DNA of 64,000 nt. Origin: Lingula anatina (taxonomy: Eukaryota > Animalia > Brachiopoda). Of this stretch, positions 23,801 to 38,800 are shown piece by piece. The position numbers and the translations under genes were made by a program. Every line of letters starts with the position of its first letter. Positions within the stretch are counted from its first letter, which is position 1. The DNA lies in contig CM120646.1 of NCBI GenBank assembly GCA_051362555.1, positions 9,796,001 through 9,860,000 of the forward strand, in the 5' to 3' direction. The notes under the pieces are model-generated. The model was given only the letters and a program-made list of their open reading frames with translations, was not told the DNA's origin and ran no database searches.

Positions 23801-26800
23801 AGATTTCTTTTTAATTGCAGATAACCTTCAAAATTCAGTTTCTAATATTTTTTATTAATGCATCATACCGATCTGATCATTCATCCGTAATTTTAGAATT
23901 AAAGCTTAATAAATTTATTAAGGGCAAAGGCACTTGGGTATTTAACAGTTCCCTCTTAAAAGATGAGGAATATGTGAGTAAAGTGAAGGATATAATTAAG
24001 AGAACAAAAGTACAATATGCAATTCCAGTGCACGCTGAAGAAAAAATTCCAGAAATCCCAAACGAACAAATAGATTTCACGATTGATGACTCCCTATTTT
24101 TAGAAATGCTTTTAATGGAAATTAGAGGAATGACAATTTCCCACTCCTCTTTCAAGAAAAAACAAAGTGATAGGCAAGAATTAGAACTAGAAAGAGAAAT
24201 TAATGTAATGGAAATGAATCACCCAAATGAAAATTCTTTGGACGAACTTGAGGCTAAGAGGGACGCGTTGAAAAAAATCAGACAAGAAAAACTAAAAGGA
24301 GTCCTCGTCCGATCAAAATGCAGATGGACTGAGGAAGGAGAGAAGCCTACAAAATATTTTTGTTCACTTGAATCCAGAAATTATGTCAATAAAACTATTC
24401 AGAATTTAGAACTACCAGACAGAACAACAATATACGATCAAAAACTTATACTAAACGAAGCAAAGTCATTTTATGAACGCCTTTACTCATCAAAAGCTAA
24501 TCAATTAGAAGAGGTAGACCTAGAATTAATTTTTGCAAATTTAGATATCCCCAAATTAAGTGACCCTGATATGGAATATTTACAAACCGAAATTACCTCA
24601 AAGGAACTTTTGAGGGTGCTGAAAAAAATGAAAAATAACAAATCGCCTGGATCTGATGGTTTTACTGCAGAGTTTTAAATTTTTTTTTGGAATGATTTAC
24701 ATAGTTTTCTAATTAGAGCAGTTCATGAAATTTTCATCAAAGGGAAAATGATGGCTACGTAGTCAAAATCTTAGGATTATAACCTGTATTCCAAAAGCTG
24801 ATAAAATCAGAAAATTTATAAAAAATTGGAGGCCAATAACCCTTTTAAATGTTATTTACAAAATGATCTCGGGCTGTATAGCGGAAAGAATGAAACTCTA
24901 TCTTGATAAAATTATTTCTAATTCTCAGTCCGGGTTTATTGCCAGAAGATATATTGGGGAAAATACAAGATTGATTTATGATCTAATGCATATATCAGAA
25001 AAGAAAAATATTCTTGCTTTACTCATTCTCATCGATTTTGAAAAGGCCTTTGATTTTGTAGATTGGGGCCTCGTTGACAGAGTTTTAAACTTTTTTAATT
25101 TTGGGGAAACGATAAAAAAGTGGTTTCATATCCTTAATTACGATAGCAAGGCCTCTATTACACAAAATGGCCACTTGTCGGAGCCTTTCAAAATTTCGAG
25201 GGGCTGTCGTCAGGGGGACCCTTTGTTTCCCTATATCTTTCTGCTTTATAATGAGATCCTCGCAATCATGATAAAGAATAACAAAGATATTTGTGGAATA
25301 AAACTTGGTGACACAGAATTTAAAATAACCCAGTATGCTGATGACACCACCCTTATATTAGATGGAAATAGGTCTTCTTTCTCAGAATCTTTCGCACACT
25401 AGATTATTTCTCAAAAATTTCAGGTCTCCATATCAACAACAGTAAGACTAAACCAGTGTGGATTGGCTCAAGAAAATATAGTCAGATAGTCAGATAGTAA
25501 AAGATTATGAATATGGTGGTCTAAAAATGACAGATTTAAGTAAATTCATAACAGCATTAAAATGTACATGGATAAGAAGACTATACCTTAAAAATAATGT
25601 ATATAACACTATTCTCCAGAGCACCTTTGATTTACAATCTATTTGGAATATTTTTGACTATGGAAATGATTATTTAGATATACTCTTACGCAACTGCAAT
25701 AATAGTTTTTGGAGAGATGTCATTATCTCCTGGAAAGATGTAACATACGGTATAGAAGATATAAATAGCAATATTGCTCTTGAACCTCTGTGGTATACTA
25801 GTAAAGTAAAATTGGGTGGGGTATCAATATTTGATAAAGAATGGTACAGTAAGGGTTTAAGAATAATTGGCGATCTTTTCAATGAAGGGAAAATTTTAAC
25901 CAAAGCTGAACTGGAAAGGAAATTTGGACTTCAAAGAGTATGTGATCTAAAATATTTTGGAATACGTAACAGTTTAAAATGAAGGTTAAAAGAAAAGAAC
26001 AATGAAGAAATTTTTGAAGAAATTTTATTTCCTTATATTCCTCAGCCAGTTCAGCTACTTATAATGAGTCGAAATGGGTGTAAAGATTTCTATCAGGTTC
26101 TCATGAGTGAAACTCGTGAAAACTTGGTACACGAAAGGAAATGGAACCTAAATCTAAATATAAATATCACTTGGAAGAATGTGTACGAGAATTGTTTTTA
26201 TGTTACACGAGAAACAAAACTTCAGTGGTTCCAATATAGAATAATTTTTAGAATCTTACCAGTTAGGTCATACTTGAAAAGAATCGGTATTGAGGTGTCA
26301 GAAAAATGCTTTATCTGTGGAGCGGAGATGGAAGATTTGCGACATGTATTTTTAAATTGCTATTGAATAAGAAACATTTGGACTGAAATGGAACGCTTGA
26401 TTGCTAACAAAACTAATGAAAAAATTACACTCTCTGATGAAAATATAATTTTTGGAGTATCCAAAACAAATTTCAAGGCTCTAAATTATATTATTCTCAT
26501 CTCCAAATTTTATCTATATACCTGTTTTAAAAGAAAAATGCAGCTGACCTTCCCTTCCCTTCTGTTATATATCAAAACAAAATTTGATTTGGAAAAATAT
26601 ATATCTCACAAGAATTTTCAGTTATGCCATTTCCTTACAGAGTGGAGAACCTGGGATTCTATCTTTGACTAGTTATTCTTACAAATTTACTTTACAATGT
26701 CATGTTACTTTTTCCCTACTTCCTTCTATGTACAATGTTTGTATGGTGTAATGTGCAGCATCACCTGTATTGTATTGTATTGTACGTAGTCTGGCTATTT

Positions 26801-29800
26801 ACATATATTTCATGTTTAATGTATAGTGAATGTCTTGTGTGTGTGCTTGTGTGTGTGTGTGTGTTTGCATATGTATTTTGTTTGTCTTTCTGTGAATAAA
26901 AAAAAAAATTAAAAAAAAATTAAGTGAAACAGCTATGTTTCACTCTTGTCTCATACTTTTCAAATAAAATAAAAAACATGTCATACTTTGCTTTGAAACT
27001 TTTAGGACTGACTTGTAGGCCTGATATATAGATCAAGATCGAAATTTAGCTTGATTAGTTTATTTTTGTTGACGTAGTGCTGTTTTATTTTGTATATAAA
27101 TGGGTTTTTATCAGATTCAATTCTTAGACATGTTAACAGTCTAAGTATTGAACTTATTATATTTGTATTTGACATTTTTTGCATCTTAACAATTTTGTAA
27201 ATTGCTTATAAAAAAATGATGGTAAATCCATTGTTTATTGTGTAATAAAGTCTCACAATAGAAAATAAACTCAAATCATTGCAGTTTGTCAGATTCAATC
27301 CCTCACTTTGTTTAGAATCTCAGATTGGAGCAAATTACACATTTAAAATTGTTTTATTGATATTTTTCTGATCTTAACAATTTTGTTAGTTGATCATATA
27401 AAAATTATAGTAAATAGGTTATTCTGTATTTTCTAAAAAAAGTGCTGAAAATGGACATTTTTTTCCTCCTTATTGTCTGTACATTTGCCAGGAATGCTGC
27501 CTTGTTTGACACTTTGCATTTTAGAAACTAATAGATTTAACAGCACATTAAATCATTTGTAAAAAAAATAACAATTGGACTATTAAAATTATTAATATAA
27601 CAACACTAGAAATACCTCACATGAGTCATTTAAGTCTTAAAAATCCATTTAGAATTAATTATTCTACAATTATTGAATTTTTTAAATCAAATATCGCTTT
27701 GTACTGGAACTAAATAATCAACTCAAATCCAATATTTAGAGTAGGTTTTAAGTGATGACACTTTTAAATACAAAACATCATCATACAGCATCTTGAAAAT
27801 GTAAGGTTTTTACCATGAGTTTTTATTCAAAAAATAAGAAAGAAAACGCAGATAAGCAATAGCAAAAAAGCAAAGCTGTCAAATGTACAGACAAAAACTG
27901 AAAATAAAGATGCAGAAAATAGGTCATTTTGTCAATTTTGATGCAATAATAAATAATGCTTATAATAGCACAGTCAATCAACAATGAATATTAATCATGC
28001 AAAGCAGCTAACATGGTCAATAACAGGAGTGAATCCAGAGATATTTTCTGACAGTATTCCAAGTTATCTTTGTTGATCCATCCTCCATATTTGATGGTCT
28101 TCCAAGAGAAAAAAATAGATACCCGTCAATATAAACTTTAACATCTGACTGTCTTCCGGAAGACCCAGAGGACGGCCTCAATCTGTCCTTGCAATAACAT
28201 TACAGTTTCAGGACCATGAGAGTTCAAATTCACATACTGAAAATCCCAATCCTGGCAGCAGTGTCCAAAATAGGGTTTTCTTCAACTTTTATGCAATATA
28301 ATGCTTAACAGCATAATGACCATCAATTTTTAATAATTAAGTAAAAGTATCATGGATATTCAGAAAATGTGACTAGCAAAGGCCTTCAAGCCAGTGGAAG
28401 TTAAAAGTCACACCTTGAAAACGTTGATATGTGAAAACTCAAATTCTATCAAAAAACTATATAATTCCAACAAAAGATGACCAATAAGACAGGTTTTCCA
28501 ACTGAAGCTATATTTTAGTCCTATGCTACTTTTCTGTAAGTTTGAGAAGAGTAAGTGACATAGTTTTCCTTTAATGGAGGCAGTGCCCAAAATAGGTTTG
28601 TCTTCAATTTTGATGCAATATTACATAATGCTTGACAGCATAATGACCATCAATTTTTAATAATAAAATAAAAGTATAATGGATATTCAGAAAATGTGAC
28701 ATGGGAAGGTCTTCAAGGCCATGGAAGTTCAGAGTCACACCTTCAAAATGACAAAATGTAAACAAGAGATAACTGTACTGAAATTATTTTCTTTCCATTT
28801 TCAACACCTTTTTTTACATAAAACAAAATAATCAATTTACTGTCATTTTTGAATGATCAACTAAGAAAATTGTTGACATAAGAAAAATATCAATAGAACA
28901 ATTTTAAATGTCCAATTTGCTCCATTCTGAGATTCTGAACATAGTGATGACTCAGATGATGCACAACAAAAAATAAGATGGACACCATTATAAAAATACT
29001 ACCAGTAGTCTAGCAGTTTCTTTTTCAGGAAATTGCAAATGAGGGTTCATCTCAAAAGTTCACATGATATTTACCTGAAGAAACTGTGCACTTCAGTGAT
29101 GTAGTATGCTTGATATGCAGGTGGTGGGTCTTCCATTAGATATGAAGCAATATACTCAGGGCGTAGACACTGGATATCTTCTTTTAATAGGGCTTGAATG
29201 TTAACCTACAACAATGCCAGATTCATTTAATAACTGGTTGTCAGAACAATCTGACCTCAATGCAAGACTTCTGATTTTAACTGAACGTATGAAAAACAAT
29301 TAATATCTATAGATAAGCATAGGAAAAAGAGAGAAGATACTAGACAGAAAAAAAACCTGGGTTGGAACAAAGACAGTCAATGAAACCCTAAATATTACTA
29401 CAGACAAAGAAATATGGAGCCTCATGGTCATTGACACCTATTGGCATAGCACTTTAAGATGATGACGATGACGATAATACCTCCTACTGGGATAATAACA
29501 AAACAACACAAAACAGAAATATATATATGAAAGCCAATAAACACAAAACAGATATGTTTTTTTCCTTGTTTAGGTCATACAAGCCAGTTAACCATATTAT
29601 GGACGTTCAGACCAACCCATAGTACTGTCTGGATCGATCCAACTCTGCGAAGATTCTCCCTATATGCAATCACTGTCATGGCCTTAAATGTCTGCTAGGG
29701 GGTTATTAAGCTAAGTGCACATGAAAGTTAATTACTCCCAAGCTACCAAAAGGAGGCGTGTCAGATAATAAAGCTGATTTCAGTGAATGCAATTAGTATG

Positions 29801-32800
29801 GTCCTTTGCACGATTGCCTCACTTCCGCAAATTGCCAGTGAGAATATGAAATTTTACATGATTTTCCAAAGCAACCTGCAGCTTTTCCAACCAAAGCCAC
29901 TCAGTAAATTTAAAGTAAAACAAAAATACAGTTTGGCATTTATGAGGTGAACGTCACCAAAATTGTGCAAAAAAATTAATTAATTAATTTAAAAAAAAAT
30001 TACCATAAATGTAAAACCAATCGTGCTGATTTTCCAAAACAACCTGCCTCTTTACCAAACGAAGCCACTCAGTAAATATACAATAAACAAAAATACCGTT
30101 TGAAAGTTATGGGGCAAACATGTGTTGCACAGCAACAGCGATGACACAGACAGAAATACCAATCAGAATTAGGATTAAAAATGCAAAATTCCAAGGTGCC
30201 GTAGCTAGACAGGCTAGACAAGTTATAACAAAATCAAATCACTTCTTCAGTGTTTGACCTTCGTTTGAAATAGCACAGGCCAATTTGGCCAGTGAGTTTT
30301 GAAAGTTACAGGCCAAACTGAAAATGTACAAGCCAGACTTTGCACTGTTTTATTAAGAAGTTACCAGTCAAATATTCAAAGTGCAGGCCATGTGGTAATG
30401 ACTGATGATTGAGATGTTATCAGGTACCAATGCTGCATAGTTAGTTATAAGTCATATGCAAATAAAGATAAAATTAAAAACTGTTCTGATCAATTGTTTT
30501 ACTCATTTTAGGCTCTAGAAGTACTTGTTTATCAAAATAAAGTCTAGTGAAACAATAAAAATATTATTCTTATTCTGTTACTTATATCATCACTTATGTT
30601 TTAACAAGCATGATGAGGAGGAAGAAAGAAAGTCAATCACATTAAACAGCATGCCCCATCTGCTCCTCTGTCAGTTGTGTTGCATGCTCCTCTAACAGTT
30701 GTGTTCGAGTTGCCAAAAATGGATGAAGACAGTATTAGCTAAAGATCTTTTTAATTAAATATTATTTTATATACTTTATCAATTACTTTCACTGAAAGTT
30801 CACTGATCATTATCTAGAATTGGACTGCTAGTTTATTTGTAGTAAGAATCACAAGCAGGAGCTAAAATAATATCAATAAGCAATACCTTTCAATGTACAG
30901 GTAGTTTATTTAAATAATTGCTAAGTGAACAAGGAAAAAAGTGAAATAATCTCCCCATTTTCTTTTTTAGGATTAAGATGACTCCAATTAAGAATCCAAT
31001 TATTATAATGATGACAAAAAATCTAAAAGATAAGTTTTCAGAAGACATTTTCAATTTGATTTTTTTCCTGAAATGTATAAGTTACAGGATTCTAAATAAA
31101 AATATTCAACAAAATCAGGGTTTAAATTTGCTATTTCTAATATTTTAATACTAAAAAGAAATGTAATAAGGGTAAATGTCTGATATGATTGAATTTTTTT
31201 TTTTTTTTTTTTTTTTTTGACCAGTGAATTTTAATTTGGGCCTGCAGATATGAGAAAACTGGAGGTCTGAATGAAGAGTAAGCTGAGAAGTTTATGGCAC
31301 AGACTGTTCATCTAACTGTTTTGCTTAACTAAGGGAAATTTACTGACAAATTTACAACTATCTTTACTGTTTGGCCTCCGGGACTGGGTGTGATGGTCTG
31401 GAACTTTGAAGTTGTCAGTTGCCTCACATGTGCACATATTTGTGGAAAAAGATCTATTTAGTGAGAATCTCCCACAGAGTTGGATCGATCCAGCTGGTAC
31501 AATGTTTGAATGTGAAGGTGGTTACTGAGAAGGGCTTTTCACATTTTTTGGAGGTTTACTTGCCCTGGGCATGTTAGTGCCAAAATTCAACATGCTCCAA
31601 AATGCACTGATTCTGCCCGTCTCAAGAAAGGTGGCTACAAGTACAGACTCTGCAGGCAATTAAGTTCTGCATTCCCACCACACACACAGGACTTATTTCA
31701 GAGTACTAAATGTATTACTATTAACAACTGCAGTTACTGAATGTATTGGTAATAAAAACAAAAAATAAAGTCTTGAATCACTTTTGTAGATTTATTCCAC
31801 ATTTCAACTACTAGTTACATTATTTTTTACTCATATTATTAAGCTAATTGAGATAATGTTAGTGATATCACCAACAACAGCCAAGTGTGAAAGAAGTTTT
31901 TCATTGATGAAAAATGTAAGAAGCAGGCTTACAGCAAGTCTGAATCAAGAAAACCTCCAGTGCCTTATGCACATAGCACAGGAAGGTCCAGAACTTAAAG
32001 ACTTTCACCCAGAACAATCTGTAGAGCACTGGCTAAGTGCAGGACCTGGAACTGGGCACATGTTTGGCCACACTGTCCCAAATGCCCCTTAAGAAGGGCA
32101 GATATGGAAACAAGGGATTGTCAGTTTTGTAACTGTGACTGTATTCACAATCTGGACACAATCATGTAATAATAAGAAAATAATGTTGTGGTAGCATATT
32201 CATCCTGAAGTGAGCCTGTGCTTTCAAGGTGAAGAACAAGAGGCAGTAGTGACTTCTGTATAGCTTGCAGTGCCTTGAACTTGCTTGCAACCCATCTCAC
32301 CTAAAAATGGAATATTCAATATATTTTGTTAAATCTGTAAACAGTGCCATGGTGCACTTTGTAATGATAAAAGTTGTTAACAGTGACACACACATTATAT
32401 GACAGATTACTTGAATAAATATGCAAAATAATAATAATAAATAAATGTTCACCTCACAACTACATGTACACACATACATCATAATTTTACTTTAGTCTTC
32501 TTTACTTAGTGGGAATCACAATAATCAGAATACTTCAAAACATTGTCAGAGTTCGCTACAAATTGACTTCATACAATTTACATATTTTGTGTTAACTTAC
32601 TTGTTTGACTTATTGGTTTCCCGTTTTTTGGAACACAGTAGACAACAGTAAATGATGTATGTAGTTTCTGCTTGACTTCAGATGAAAGTGATTCTTGCCC
32701 CAATAAAGATTTGACTATGGGGATGAGTCAAGATGGCGGCACAACGTGAGTAACCTGCTCGTAGCTCCTCGCTAATGTCAGTTTTGTGCCTGTCTGTGTA

Positions 32801-35800
32801 GACTTTGATCAAAATGCCAGGTGACAGGAAAAAATCAACTCAATCAACAATCGACCAATACAAGAATCAGAAAAAAGAGTCTGCTGAAAAGCCATCAAAA
32901 AAGGAAAAACGGAGTCACTCCGACGTGGCAGAAGAGAGCATGGAGGGGGCGGACCTTGACTCTCAACTAGCCAGCATCCACGGTGACCTGGCCGGCATAA
33001 AAGAGGTATTGAGTTCTCTAGTCACTAAAGATGAAATAAGTGACATCGTAGCAACAATAACCGATCAAATGCTAGAAAAACAATATGAACTCATACAAAG
33101 TGAGATGAAAATAAGAATTGCCGAGGTCACGGGTAAAATGCAAGACAAAATAGACTCACTATTGCTAGAAAATGAAAACCTTAAAGAGAAACTGAATGAG
33201 AAAGAAAAGAAACTAAAAGATCTGGAGGAAAGGGTCGTTCAAAATCATGCTAGATCAACTGAAGCAATCTAACAAAGTAACTACAACGAGCAATACTCGA
33301 GAAAATTAAATGTAAGAGTCCTAAACTTCCCCCCTCGCAACAAAGAAAATTTAAGAAGTGACTTCCCTGAATTTCTCAAGAAAGAAATCAACATTGAACT
33401 GGCCCCCCATGATATAACTGCAATTCATAGAATCCCAGGCAGAGAGGGACAACATCAGCCAGTCATTGTAAAATTGAGAAATAATGACATAAAAAGATCA
33501 ATTATGACCAAGAAAAAGGAAATAAAATCAAGTGTGAGGCTCTACGATGATATTACCCATAGAAACCTGGCCCTTATGTCCAAAATAAGGCAGACTGGAT
33601 TAGTGGACTATGTCTGGTTCTACAATGGAGGAGTTTATGCCCAAAAGTCCACTGGGAAAAGAATTAAATTTGACCTTTTTGACAATATAGAAGAAAAAAT
33701 AAAGAAGTATCGTGGCTCATAATCCACCTACATGTACAATGTAAACAGTAGACTGAATACAGTGTACTTATGAACTGTGGTAAACGAAATTACAGTAACT
33801 TATTGCTTCTTCTACCTGAACAATACACTGTGTTTAATTTACCAATAATGTAATATAGAAGCCATATGTATATTTATTGTACGTAATATTTTTCAGATTA
33901 CTTTCTCCTTGATGACTATTATCTGGTTGGCTGACACAGCTTGAGCTGCAAGACCTGAGTAGACATCACTCCGGTTGTACTGTATCTATTATGTTCCCTG
34001 TGCAAGGGTATAGAAATTATTCATTCATGCGTGTGTGTGTGATTGTGTATGCTTGCGTAAAATTATGGTTGGTAGCACATTACTATGAGATGCTCACTGT
34101 TAGCTTCCTATCTTTGTTCTATTGTGAAGAAAGGAACACTCTTACATGTATATCACGGCATGTTAGATTTAGGAATGTCAAACTAGAATACTTCTCTCAG
34201 TCATACTATCATTGCTGTACTCAAGCATATTCTCTTTCAATAACATAAAAAATGTACCTAATCATCGTATGCCCGTGAATAGCAGTGTATTATGTTTACT
34301 AACAGGATTTTTTTTTTTTTTACCACTTAGCATGAATTCAATTAAGATCGCTTCTATTAACTGTCAAGGCCTGAGAGACTCTACAAAGAGAAGAGATATT
34401 TTTCACTTCTACAGATCAAAGAAATATCATATAGTATGTTTGCAGGATACCCATTTTGACAGTCATGAAGAAAAAAGGATCTTATCAGAATGGGGTTACA
34501 AAGCATATTTTAATTTCTTTTCTACTAACTCTCGGGGTGTTGCAATTTTAATAAATAATAATTTTGAATTCGAGTACCTTAAGGAATTTAAAACAAACGA
34601 CGGCAATCTTTTAGCTCTTGATGTAAATATAGAAAAAAATAGATTCACATTAATCAACATTTATGGCCCGAACAGGGATACTCCAGATTTTTATGAACAG
34701 GTACGAGATATAATAATAGACTTTAATAATGAAAATTTCTTGATCTGTGGTGACTTTAATCTTACTTTAAACCCTGATATAGACACAGAAAATTATGCAA
34801 ATGTGAATAACCCTAGAGCTAGGCAAAAATTACTTGAAGTTATGAGTGACCTAAATATAATTGACTATTTCAGACTTCTCTACCCTGACGAGAGGAGATT
34901 CACATGGAGAAGAAGGAATCCCAGAAGGCAGGCTAGACTAGATTTCTTTTTAATTGCGGATAACCTTCAAAATTCAGTTTCTAATATTTCTATTAAGGCA
35001 TCATACCGATCTGATCATTCACCCGTAATTTTAGAATTAAAGCTAAATAAATTTATTAAGGGCAAAGGCACTTGGGTATTTAACAGTTCCCTCTTAAAAG
35101 ATGAGGAATATGTGAGTAAAGTGAAGGACATAATTAAGAGAACAAAAGTTCAATATGCAGTTCCGGTGTACGCCGAAGAAAATATTACAGAAATTCCAAA
35201 CGAACAAATATCTTTCACTATTGATGACTCCTTATTTTTAGAAATGCTTTTAATGGAAATTAGAGGAATGACAATTTCCCATTCCTCTTTCAAGAAAAAA
35301 CAAAGGGACAGGCAAGAATTAGAACTAGAAAGAGAAATTTATGTAATGGAAATGAACCACCCAAATGAAAATTCTTTGGACGAACTTGAGGCTAAGAGGG
35401 AGGCGTTGAAAAATATCAGACAAGAAAAACTAAAAGGAGTCCTCGTCCGAGCAAAATGCAGATGGATTGAGGAAGGAGAGAAGCCTACGAAATATTTTTG
35501 TTCACTTGAATCCAGAAATTATGTCAATAAAACTATTCAGAATTTAGAACTACCAGACGGAACAACAATATTTGATCAAAAACTTATACTAAATGAAGCA
35601 AAGTTATTTTATGAACGCCTTTACTCGTCAAAAACTAATCAATTAGAAGAGGTAGACCTAGAATTATTTTTTGCAAATTTAGATGTCCCCAAATTAAGCG
35701 AGCCTGATAAGGAATATTTACAAACCGAAATTACCTCAAAGGAACTTTTGAGGGTGCTGAAAAAAATGAAAAATAACAAATCGCGGAAAGAATGAAACTC

Positions 35801-38800
35801 TATCTTGATAAAATTATTTCTAATTCTCAGTCCGGGTTTATTGCCGGAAGATATATTGGGGAAAATACAAGATTAATTTATGATCTAATGCATATCGCAG
35901 AAAAGAAAAATATTCCTGCTTTACTCATTCTTATCGATTTTGAAAAGGCCTTTGATTCTGTAGATTGGGGCTTTATTGATAAAGTTTTAGACTTTTTTAA
36001 TTTTGGGGAAACTATAAAAAGGTGGTTTCATATCCTTAATTACGATAGCAAGGCCTCTGTTACACAAAACGGCCACTTGTCGGAGCCTTTCAAAATTTCG
36101 AGGGGCTGTCGTCAAGGGGACCCCTTGTCTCCCTATATCTTTCTGCTTTGTGCTGAGATTCTCGCAATCATGATAAAGAATAATAAAGATATTTGCGGAA
36201 TAAAACTTGGTGACACCGAATTTAAAATAACCCAGTATGCTGATGACACCACCCTTATATTAGATGGTAATAGGTCTTCTTTCTTAGAATCTTTCCGTAC
36301 ATTAGACTATTTCTCAAAAATTTCAGGTCTCCATATCAACAATAGCAAGACTAAACCAGTGTGGATTGGCTCAAGAAAATATAGTCGGGAAGTTTTTCAC
36401 CACGTTAGATGGAAACTTGATTGGGGTTCGACTCAATTTAATCTCTTAGGTATGGAATTCTTGGTAAATTTAAACGATATGGTCACTTTAAACTTTGATA
36501 AACAAATCCCGAAGATAGAGGGTATGATTCGGCATTGGAATAGAAGAATACTTACCCCTATTGGTAGAATTACTATCTTAAAAACCCTTATCATCCCAAT
36601 GCTGAACCATCTTTTCATTTCTCTGCCAAATCCAGATCCAGTATTCATAAAAAAACTAAGTTCCATTTTTTTCCAATTCATTTGGGGTAGCAAAATTGAT
36701 AAGGTAAAGAGAGGTCAGATAGTAAAGGATTATGAATATGGTGGTCTAAAAATGACAGACTTAAGTAAATTCATAACGGCATTAAAATGTACATGGATAA
36801 GAAGACTATACCTTAAAAATAACGTTTATAACACTATTCTCCAGAGCACCTTTGATTTACAATCTATTTGGAATATATTTGACTATGGAAATGATTATTT
36901 AGATATACTCTTACGCAATTGCAATAACAGGTTTTGGAAAGATGTCATTATCTCCTGGAAAGATTTAACATACGGTATAGAAGATATGAATAGCAATATT
37001 GCTCTTGAACCTCTGTGGTATAATAGAAAAGTAAAATTGGGTGGGGTATCAATATTGGACAAAGAATGGTACAATAAGGGTATAAGAATAATTGGCGATC
37101 TTTTCAACGAAGGAAAATTTTTAACCAAAGCTGAACTGGAAAGGAAATTTGGATTTCAAAGAGTATGTGATCTAAAATATTTTGGAATACGTAACAGTTT
37201 AAAATGTAGGCTAAAAGAAAAGAACAATGAAGAAATTTTTGAAGATATTTTATTTCCTTATGTTCCTCAGCCGGTTCAGCTACTTATAAAGAGTCGAAAT
37301 GGGTGTAAAGATTTCTATCAGGTTCTCATGAGTGAAGCTCCTGAAAACTTGGTACACGAAAGGAAATGGAACCTAGATCTAAATATAAATATCACTTGGA
37401 AGTATGTTTACGAGAATTGTTTCTATGTTACACGAGAAACAAAACTTCAATGGTTCCAATACAGAATAATTTTTAGAATCTTACCAGTTAGGTCATACCT
37501 GAAAAGAATCGGTATTGAGGTGTCAGAGAAATGCTTTATCTGTGGAGCGGAGAGGGAAGATTTGCGACATGTATTTTTAAATTGCTATCGAATAAGAAAC
37601 ATTTGGACTGAAATGGAACGCTTGATTGCTAACAAAACTGATGAAAAAATTACACTCTATGATGAAAATATACTTTTTGGAGTATCCAAAACAAATTTCA
37701 AGCCTCTAAATTACATTATTCTTGTCTCCAAATTTTATATATATACTTGTTTTAAAAGAAAAATGCAGCCGACCTTCCCTTCCCTTCTCTTTTATATCAA
37801 AACAAAATTTGAATTAGAAAAATATGTTTCTCAAAAAAATCTTCAATTAGGCCATTTTCTTACAGAGTGGAGAACCTGGGATTCTATTTTTGACTAGTTT
37901 CTCCACTTATAAATTTACTTTACTTTTTCGCTAATTTCTTATGTGAAATGCAAAATGTTGGTATCTTGTTATGTGCAGCATCACTTGTAATATACTGTTT
38001 CGTACGTAGTCCGGCTATCTACATGTTTACTTAATGTATAATGAATGTCTTGTGTGTGTTATTGTGTGTGTGTGTGTTAGTGTGTGTGTCTACATATGTA
38101 TTTTGTTTGTCTTTTTGTGAAAAAAAAAAAAAAAATACTTTTTTCTGGAGAATCTTTTTTTTTTACATTTAAAGGCTAAGCTTCATGTAATATCCTGCAC
38201 TATAGACTAGATAACCAACTGTAAGCTGTTATTAAGGCATCAAAATTTAAGTTCTAATTTTGTAGCGCACATGTAAAAAAAAAAAAAAAAAAAAAAAGAT
38301 TTGACTATGGGTGTCCCTTCTAACTGGTCCTGGCTAATAGCACCACCCTTCAATGCACTGCAACCCAAGTGGCATGACGGTGTGGCATGAAATTCAATAA
38401 CGCTCAGCCTTAACGTTGAACATCCCTCCAAGAAACTGTTGCCCTTTGAAATAAGGGGATAAAAGGTACAATCTCTGCAAAACATTTTAGGGGTTCCTTC
38501 ATCGATATCCGTAGTTTCCGTAGTTGTAAAGAGCCATGGGTATTCAATGGTCTACGTGTGCTGAAAAACACGTTTTCCTTTTTTTTTTTTTCGTCTCTTT
38601 GGTCTTTCGTCAAGTCACTGCTGTGTGATGCGTTAGTAGGTCCAGTTAGTAGCGACAGCAGTATCACGTACAATGGTTTCGACTTTACCAGCAAATCCAA
38701 ATTTCAATAGCGACGTCTGTACTTTCACCTTCACTTTGGGCGCCTTCATGGGATTGGCAGCCATGCTGTGTCAAAAGTCAGCAATCTCTGCGAACTCTCA

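Noticed and set aside
35781-35795. Overlapping ORFs suggesting programmed frameshift or stop-start coupling in LINE ORF2
   Set aside because: Comparison with copy A shows a ~236-nt deletion removing essential RT motifs.
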